Of a stretch of DNA of 31,751 bases, positions 26,597 through 31,751 are shown piece by piece. Numbering within the stretch: the stretch's first letter is position 1; every line of letters starts with the position of its first letter. The stretch is from a virus (taxonomy: Duplodnaviria > Caudoviricetes). A program made the translations under genes and the position numbers. Below the pieces are notes generated by a model. It saw only the letters and a program-made list of their open reading frames with translations, ran no database searches and was not told the DNA's origin. The stretch lies in the IMG/VR virus record IMGVR_UViG_3300026258_000262, positions 1-31,751 of that record; one strand, 5' to 3'.

Positions 26597-27712
26597 TTAA
26601 ACGGGGTGATAAAATGGAACGTATGGTTCAGAACTTTCGATTTGTTCTTTGATCCAATAATAGGTATAACGAATACCTTCTTCAAGGGTCATTTGATAAT
26701 CCCAATCCAACTTTTCGCGAATCAAATCGTTGTTGGAGTTACGTCCACGAACGCCTAGAGGTCCATCAATATGGATCTTAGTAACTTCTTTCTCTGCAAC
26801 TCTAGCAGCAATATCTACCAGTTGATTGATAGTCACCATCTCTTCTGAACCAATATTCACAGGACCCATAAAGTCACTGTCCATCAATCTTCTAGTTGCT
26901 TCAATGCATTCATCAATGAACAGGAAGGAACGAGTTTGTAGGCCATCTCCCCACACCTCGATTGCTCCACCTTCCTTCGGGAGGTAAGCCACCTTACGGC
27001 AGATTGCAGCTGGTGCCTTTTCTCTTCCACCGTCCCAGGTTCCTTCAGGTCCGAAGATATTATGATACCTAGCAATACGAACAGGGATCCCATGGTTGCG
27101 ATTGTAAGCAAGGTAGAGACGCTCGGAGAATAATTTCTCCCATCCATATTCGGAATCGGGGTTTGCAGGGTATGCTGATTCTTCACGGCAATCAGGGTTG
27201 TCAGGGTCAAGTTGATTATGCTCTGGATACATACACGCAGAACCAGAGTAGAAGATCTTAGTAGGTTGTTCCAGAGAAGGTCTTACACACTCTGTTCCAT
27301 TCTCTTCACCATCAAAGGTCTCATTAAGTTTACGAACTTCCTCAAGGACATTCAAGTTGATAGACACAGAGTTGTGCATGATGTCTGCATCATTCTCACC
27401 AGTGAATACAAAACCTGCTCCACCCATATCAGCTGCAAACTGATAGATCTCATCAAAGGGACGAATACAACGGTAGGGAACACTGTTATAGAAATTACCT
27501 TGCTCACCTTTGAATTGAATAACACGGCGAACAAATTCTACGTCACGCAGATCTCCCTGGACAAACTCATTTGCTTCGGTGCTAGAAAATTCAGGCCACT
27601 TAAGATCAACACCACGCACCCAATATCCTTCAGAGCGGAGACGTTTGACCATATGTGATCCAATAAACCCACCCGCACCAAGCACAAGTGCGGTCTTATT
27701 ATAGTCAGACAT
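26597..27712 (-). CDS. GDP-mannose 3,5-epimerase-like SDR
   Basis: GAGGFIG, AADMGG, SACMYP (catalytic Cys), YGWEK, GGREKAPAA (catalytic Lys). Confidence 0.85.
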   Translation of the reverse strand: MSDYNKTALVLGAGGFIGSHMVKRLRSEGYWVRGVDLKWPEFSSTEANEFVQGDLRDVEFVRRVIQFKGEQGNFYNSVPYRCIRPFDEIYQFAADMGGAGFVFTGENDADIMHNSVSINLNVLEEVRKLNETFDGEENGTECVRPSLEQPTKIFYSGSACMYPEHNQLDPDNPDCREESAYPANPDSEYGWEKLFSERLYLAYNRNHGIPVRIARYHNIFGPEGTWDGGREKAPAAICRKVAYLPKEGGAIEVWGDGLQTRSFLFIDECIEATRRLMDSDFMGPVNIGSEEMVTINQLVDIAARVAEKEVTKIHIDGPLGVRGRNSNNDLIREKLDWDYQMTLEEGIRYTYYWIKEQIESSEPYVPFYHPV

Positions 27713-27738
27713 AAAATATTAATGTTGTCATAGTATGT

Positions 27739-27767
27739 ATTATACCTCACAGAAGGTAATTAGTCAA
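27739..27767 (-). promoter_or_regulatory. Sigma70-type promoter
   Basis: TTGACT-N17-TATAAT upstream of the 21-gene glycan operon. Confidence 0.75.
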
Positions 27768-28689
27768 GATACCACTTGACAGTCTCGGCTAAACCTCTAT
27801 TAAATTCTACACCTGGAAACCATCCGGTTTTTTCTGTGAGTTTAGAAAAATCTGTTCCATACCTTTGATCCTGTCCTGGTCTCTCATCAGATTGTCCTAT
27901 TAAAGAGTGTGGTTTATCAAGGATGTCTAAGATTTTTTTTGTTATATCCATATTTGTTACCTCACATCCGCCACCAATATTAAACTTATCGTTAATTACT
28001 TTCTTTTCATCCAAAGACCAGATCGCAGCACAGTGATCAAGAACGTGAATCCAATCCCTAATTTGATGACCTCCACCATACATGTTGGTGACAGTATCAT
28101 TCATTGCGTTTTGAATGACTTTTGGAATTAGTTTCTCTGGGTGTTGGCGAGGTCCGTAATTATTAGAGGAACTAGTAATAATATACGGTAGATCATAAGT
28201 GTTATTCCATGTCCTCACCATGTGCTCAGCAGATGCCTTTGTAGCAGAGTATGGATTACGTGGATCATATGGTGTATTTTCTGTAAAAAGAGAACCATCA
28301 AAATCTAAAGATCCATACACCTCATCTGTGGATACATGATGAAATTTTTCAACACCAACAGCAACACTAGATGAAAGAAGATTTGTTGTTCCAATAATAT
28401 TTGTTTTGATGAAAGGGGTCACGTCTCTGATAGAGTTGTCAACATGACTCTCTGCGGCAAAGTTAAACACCTTTGTTGGTTTTACTTTCTTAAAAATATA
28501 ATCTACATGTTCTTTGTTAGAAATATCACACCAGATGAATTCCACACCAGCTGGTATATTACTTTCCTTACCAGCATATGTGATATTATCTAAAACAATA
28601 ATCCTGTCGTCGGTAACATTCTCTAAAAAGTATAGAAAGTTGCTGCCAATAAATCCAGCACCTCCAGTCACCAAAATTGTATTAAACAT
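27760..28689 (-). CDS. rfbB: dTDP-glucose 4,6-dehydratase
   Basis: TGGAGFIGSN, TYAG, FAAESHVDNSI, STDEVYG, PYSATK, NNYGP.Q.PEKLIP. Confidence 0.93.
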   Translation of the reverse strand: MFNTILVTGGAGFIGSNFLYFLENVTDDRIIVLDNITYAGKESNIPAGVEFIWCDISNKEHVDYIFKKVKPTKVFNFAAESHVDNSIRDVTPFIKTNIIGTTNLLSSSVAVGVEKFHHVSTDEVYGSLDFDGSLFTENTPYDPRNPYSATKASAEHMVRTWNNTYDLPYIITSSSNNYGPRQHPEKLIPKVIQNAMNDTVTNMYGGGHQIRDWIHVLDHCAAIWSLDEKKVINDKFNIGGGCEVTNMDITKKILDILDKPHSLIGQSDERPGQDQRYGTDFSKLTEKTGWFPGVEFNRGLAETVKWYLD

Positions 28690-28708
28690 TACGTATGTGT
28701 TTTCTTAA

Positions 28709-28737
28709 ATGATACTAAAAAAGACCCTCAATGTCAA
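28709..28737 (-). promoter_or_regulatory. Sigma70-type promoter with -35 embedded in a terminator hairpin
   Basis: TTGACA-N17-TATCAT. Confidence 0.7.
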
Positions 28738-28746
28738 GGGTCTTTT
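28717..28746 (-). terminator. Rho-independent terminator (possibly bidirectional)
   Basis: AAAAGACCCT-tgacattg-AGGGTCTTTTTT. Confidence 0.8.
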
Positions 28747-28790
28747 GGGTCGCCATGCACGCCACTTACTTTTAGGAAGCAAGAAACCAT
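28746..28790 (-). ncRNA. wcaG-like RNA motif, 3' part
   Basis: GGTTTCTTGCTTCCTAAAAGTAAGTGGCGTGCATGG: hairpin plus TGGCG, upstream of an NDP-sugar dehydratase; family assignment from recall. Confidence 0.55.
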
Positions 28791-28981
28791 TAGTTCCAGA
28801 GTTTTTGAACCTTGCTCTCCAACTCCTCAAACCTTGCATCAACTTCTAGTTGTGCTTTGTCGCTTGCCTCAAGTGCAGCAACCTTTGCCTCAAGTGCCTG
28901 AAGCCTTGCTTCTACTTCAACGTCATATTTTGACATTGCTGCACCACTTGCAGATTTTGCTGCAGATCCTTTTGCTGACAT
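28790..28981 (-). CDS. Small coiled-coil hypothetical protein
   Basis: 63 aa with heptad pattern VEARLQALEAKVAALEA; cTAAATA at 29004-29009 upstream. Confidence 0.75.
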   Translation of the reverse strand: MSAKGSAAKSASGAAMSKYDVEVEARLQALEAKVAALEASDKAQLEVDARFEELESKVQKLWN

Positions 28982-29015
28982 AATAGTAAATTAACTCTTG
29001 GATTATTTAGTTTTT

Positions 29016-29063
29016 AGAAGGGTCTAATGACTCCACCAGTTCTGTTTAAGTCCATCCGTGACT
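29016..29063 (-). ncRNA. wcaG-like RNA motif, 5' part
   Basis: AGTC-ACGGATG-GACT hairpin, then AGAAC-TGGTG-GAGTC-ATTA-GACCCTTCT; family assignment from recall. Confidence 0.5.
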
Positions 29064-30434
29064 GTATATATTCTCTAGTAAGAATTCAGAAGTTTTCTTT
29101 AACCCTTGGACAAAACTATTCATCTCTCTGTCATAATCTATCCAACTACGATCAGTGGTTTTCGTAGTATACGGTAACTTGTATCCATTACCAGCAAGAA
29201 TATAAGGGAGTCCCTCATTGATCATAGGAGGTAAATACTCAATTTCATTGGTAACGTAGTTCCAATAATCAGTATCGTTCCTATGTGCTGCAGCATAATG
29301 CATTTCAATGAACTTACTTTGCTTGTCAACTTCTTGACTGATAAAGTCATTGAAAATTTTTCTATCAAGATAGTTTACTGATTCATTGGATAGAACACTG
29401 AGTAACTTGAAGATACCAGCAATACAGGTATAGATTCCTGTGGCTTCCAATGGTTCAATAAAACTATATGACAGACCAATTGCAACAACATTCTTGATCC
29501 ACCCATGTTCATATCGACCAGAGGTAAAGTCAACTGCTCGAATGTTTTGTGGATCTACTGAGTATCTTTGCGAAATAAAATCTCGAAACTCTTTTTCTAT
29601 TTCTTCAGTAGTTGCAAACTTAAGAGAGTGAACATAACCAAGTGACATAGAGTCCCATAAAGGAATCTCCCAACACCACCCGTTATTCATTGTTACATTA
29701 TTGGTGTAGTTCTTAAGTTGTTCTTGCTTGTTTGTGTATGGAACTTTGCAAGTGATTGCTCGGTGATTAATCAGAGTGTCAGAAAAGGGAATGAATCTTG
29801 ATTTCATTTCCTTAAGCAACAGTGATTTAAATCCAGTGCAATCGACAAAGAGATCTGCATGATGATTACCACTCTCTTTGCAAGTTATGTAATCAATTCC
29901 CTTTGATGACTTGGCACAGGCAATGTATTCATCATCAAAAAACTTGACTCCATTGTTCTTTGCGTAATCAAATATAATCTTTGACAGAGAGTGGCTATCA
30001 AAATGATAAGAAGTCAATCTATCAAAATCCCATCCCTCATCGGTTAATCGATTGAACTCTGCAAGCCTTGAATGTGGAAGACAATATCTTGCATAATGTT
30101 CTTTCTTTACTTCTTCAGGAAAAGATCTCAATAGATCAAAGAATTCATCATCTTTGACTTCTGATTCTCCGAAAGGATAAAAAAATTGTTCTCCTTTCTT
30201 TGACCAGGATTCAAATCCAATGTTTGTTTTATAGGTTGCATTACACTTTGGCATCCAATCACTATCTTCAAGATCAAGATATTGAAGAATAGTGTTCAGA
30301 CTCAATTGTGCAGACTCACCAACACCAATGGTGCCAACTTTGGATGAGTAAATGCATTCAACATCAAAGTGTTTTGAAAGAACTGCTGCGGTAAAAAAAC
30401 CAGCGGTTCCTCCACCGACAACAGTTATTTTCAT
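29046..30434 (-). CDS. Flavin-dependent tryptophan halogenase (PrnA-like) family protein
   Basis: GGGTAG, IGVGES, ATYK (catalytic Lys position), FVDCTGF, GWCWEIPL (WxWxIP), FIEPLEATG; start at 30434 (ATGA overlap). Confidence 0.88.
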   Translation of the reverse strand: MKITVVGGGTAGFFTAAVLSKHFDVECIYSSKVGTIGVGESAQLSLNTILQYLDLEDSDWMPKCNATYKTNIGFESWSKKGEQFFYPFGESEVKDDEFFDLLRSFPEEVKKEHYARYCLPHSRLAEFNRLTDEGWDFDRLTSYHFDSHSLSKIIFDYAKNNGVKFFDDEYIACAKSSKGIDYITCKESGNHHADLFVDCTGFKSLLLKEMKSRFIPFSDTLINHRAITCKVPYTNKQEQLKNYTNNVTMNNGWCWEIPLWDSMSLGYVHSLKFATTEEIEKEFRDFISQRYSVDPQNIRAVDFTSGRYEHGWIKNVVAIGLSYSFIEPLEATGIYTCIAGIFKLLSVLSNESVNYLDRKIFNDFISQEVDKQSKFIEMHYAAAHRNDTDYWNYVTNEIEYLPPMINEGLPYILAGNGYKLPYTTKTTDRSWIDYDREMNSFVQGLKKTSEFLLENIYSHGWT

Positions 30435-30664
30435 GATGCTACGTCCTTCACATAGCAAGGGACACGATCAGGGTCCAACCATTTTGTGTATTCAAAATCT
30501 TCCATAGCAGTCAGAAGTTGCATCTGATTATCACAGAGATACATATCAGCATACCTTTTGGTATACTCATGTGCTTTTTGGATACGATAGTCTGGCATAC
30601 CATTGATTTCCAATGTGCCACACTCAACATAGCGATAAGGGAAACGCTCTAGAAGAACTTTCAC
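30431..30664 (-). CDS. Hypothetical cyanophage protein
   Basis: 77-aa ORF with ATGA overlaps on both sides. Confidence 0.8.
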   Translation of the reverse strand: MKVLLERFPYRYVECGTLEINGMPDYRIQKAHEYTKRYADMYLCDNQMQLLTAMEDFEYTKWLDPDRVPCYVKDVAS

Positions 30665-30876
30665 TTTACCTCCACAGTCTCAAGATCAATAGCAACCTGC
30701 TCCATCAAAATATCATAATCATCAAGAGGGTCGCCAGAAAAAACAACTCCTGTGTTTTCATAGTAACGACGAACCTTTTTGAGAAGTTTTGGATTCTTCA
30801 CATCCAGGAAGAAGTCGCCGTTTACTGCTCCACGAAGAGTTTGGAGATCTTTCTTGAACTTACTAGTCAGTGTCAT
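30661..30876 (-). CDS. Hypothetical cyanophage protein
   Basis: Start MTLTSKF at 30876, downstream of the promoter and an AAGG RBS-like site. Confidence 0.8.
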   Translation of the reverse strand: MTLTSKFKKDLQTLRGAVNGDFFLDVKNPKLLKKVRRYYENTGVVFSGDPLDDYDILMEQVAIDLETVEVK

Positions 30877-30898
30877 TGTCTTGATTGTTGACCTTAGT

Positions 30899-30927
30899 AT
30901 TATAGGTGATTGACAGTTCTGTGTCAA
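30899..30927 (-). promoter_or_regulatory. Sigma70-type promoter
   Basis: TTGACA-N17-TATAAT, perfect consensus. Confidence 0.85.
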
Positions 30928-30936
30928 GACTGTCAA

Positions 30937-31009
30937 TGGGGGTCGCGAGGATCGAACTCGCCTTAGCCGAATTATGAGTTCGGTGCATTCACCAGATTGC
31001 TAGACCCCC
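30937..31009 (-). tRNA. tRNA with CAT anticodon (probably Ile2, possibly elongator Met)
   Basis: GGGGGTC/GACCCCC acceptor stem, CCGAA-CTCATAA-TTCGG anticodon arm, GGCGAG-TTCGATC-CTCGC T arm; no initiator features; no encoded CCA. Confidence 0.9.
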
Positions 31010-31012
31010 AAA

Positions 31013-31084
31013 TAGGACCGCTGGGAGTTGAACCCAGTTCACACCGTTATAAGCAGTGGGCCTTAACCGATAGGCGACGGTCCC
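31013..31084 (-). tRNA. tRNA-Ile(TAT)
   Basis: GGGACCG/CGGTCCT acceptor stem, CACTG-CTTATAA-CGGTG anticodon arm, CTGGG-TTCAACT-CCCAG T arm. Confidence 0.92.
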
Positions 31085-31258
31085 TTAAGGAGCTTCGTTA
31101 TTTTCTTCAGTGTATATGCGTATGATTTCATCATCCGCTGGCACCATTACTGCTCTATTTCCATTCTCGTTCTCTACGCCTATTGTCTCCCCATTCTCCA
31201 CTCTATCCATAAGAGTTTCCCAGTTCTCTTGCCAGTATTCCACGGAATAAAAATGCAT
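31085..31258 (-). CDS. Small protein with Phd/YefM-like N-terminal pattern
   Basis: Likely start MHFYSVE at 31258; WQENWETLMDRVENGETIGVENENGNRAVMVP. Confidence 0.65.
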   Translation of the reverse strand: MHFYSVEYWQENWETLMDRVENGETIGVENENGNRAVMVPADDEIIRIYTEENNEAP

Positions 31259-31275
31259 CTTGTCACTATGTATAA

Positions 31276-31472
31276 TACGGTTAACGATACACTTATCAGA
31301 ATGTCCGCAGTTCGTCAACCGCTAGGGCATCACACCCAACACTCTGACAGTATGTACCGGAGTAGGATGGGGGTCCTCCCCAAACATCCAGAGGGGGCTA
31401 GTTCCAAGTTCCCGGGCTTCAGTATATCTGAGCCACTTGGCACCTCTGGTCGGAACGTCTCAAGTCCTCTCT
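31276..31472 (-). ncRNA. Complex structured RNA, probably the manA RNA motif
   Basis: GC-rich intergenic ~195 nt with nested stems CCAGAGG/CCTCTGG, CCAAGT/ACTTGG, TGGGG/CCCCA, TCAGAGTGT/ACATTCTGA and a possible GTTCC/GGAAC pseudoknot; follows a promoter and precedes tRNAs; family from recall. Confidence 0.7.
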
Positions 31473-31478
31473 GCAGCA

Positions 31479-31507
31479 ATTATAACACTATGGATTTCTA
31501 GGGTCAA
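31479..31507 (-). promoter_or_regulatory. Sigma70-type promoter
   Basis: TTGACC-N17-TATAAT with extended -10 TG. Confidence 0.8.
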
Positions 31508-31745
31508 TGCCCAAACTCTTAAGATATTCTATCCACCAATCTTGGTCTTTAATATATCTCCAATTTGGAACTTCTTTTCCTTGTTCAACCACATAATATT
31601 GATAGAGGGCATCATCGATAATCTGTGCGATCTCCATACTCTTCATCCTCTTCGTCAACGTCTGCATATGCATTTGCCACGTAGGGTCCATGTGGTTTTT
31701 TGGATTCTGATCGGACATACTTCTGTTCGTCATTGACTGCTGCAA
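31488..31745 (-). CDS. Hypothetical protein
   Basis: 85-aa ORF; start uncertain (several Met codons). Confidence 0.65.
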   Translation of the reverse strand: MQQSMTNRSMSDQNPKNHMDPTWQMHMQTLTKRMKSMEIAQIIDDALYQYYVVEQGKEVPNWRYIKDQDWWIEYLKSLGIDPRNP

Positions 31746-31751
31746 CCCACA

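Noticed and set aside
30877-30936. N-terminal extension of ORF 30661..30936
   Set aside because: Spans a perfect sigma70 promoter and abuts the tRNA 3' end
31259-31318. N-terminal extension of ORF 31085..31318
   Set aside because: Lies inside the structured RNA; the ATG at 31258 is preferred
860-31736. All plus-strand ORFs and short nested minus-strand ORFs in the track
   Set aside because: They lie antisense to or within well-supported genes or RNAs and show no recognisable motifs
1-31751. CRISPR arrays, IS elements, introns/inteins, integrase or att sites, long tandem repeats
   Set aside because: None detected by eye; ORFs are of expected length and uninterrupted
1-31751. Cyanobacterial chromosome origin
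   Set aside because: Single-strand dense packing, T4-type late boxes, short PTOX and hli forms, and the juxtaposition of auxiliary metabolic genes indicate a cyanomyophage, although no virion gene is in the window

Overview
A 31.7 kb fragment of a marine T4-like cyanomyophage (Synechococcus/Prochlorococcus-infecting type), with essentially all genes on the minus strand. In transcription order (right to left) it contains: a hypothetical gene; a complex structured RNA (probably the manA motif); a small Phd/YefM-like ORF; two tRNAs (Ile-UAU and a CAU tRNA, probably Ile2); two hypothetical genes; a PrnA-like flavin-dependent halogenase; a wcaG-like RNA apparently split by a 63-aa ORF; a ~21.6 kb, 22-gene surface-glycan/nucleotide-sugar island; a small beta-barrel protein with a structured leader; two hli genes with several microproteins; a SleB-like hydrolase; hypothetical genes; and the auxiliary metabolic cassette petE-petF-PTOX-(microprotein)-gnd, with gnd running off the left edge. 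The most unusual element is a tightly packed module of an E1/RfbH 3-dehydrase, a YerE-like ThDP enzyme, PanB and an SDR, which suggests synthesis of a C4-branched 3,6-dideoxy sugar with a hydroxymethyl-extended side chain. All family and RNA-motif assignments were made by eye from motifs; no database searches were run.
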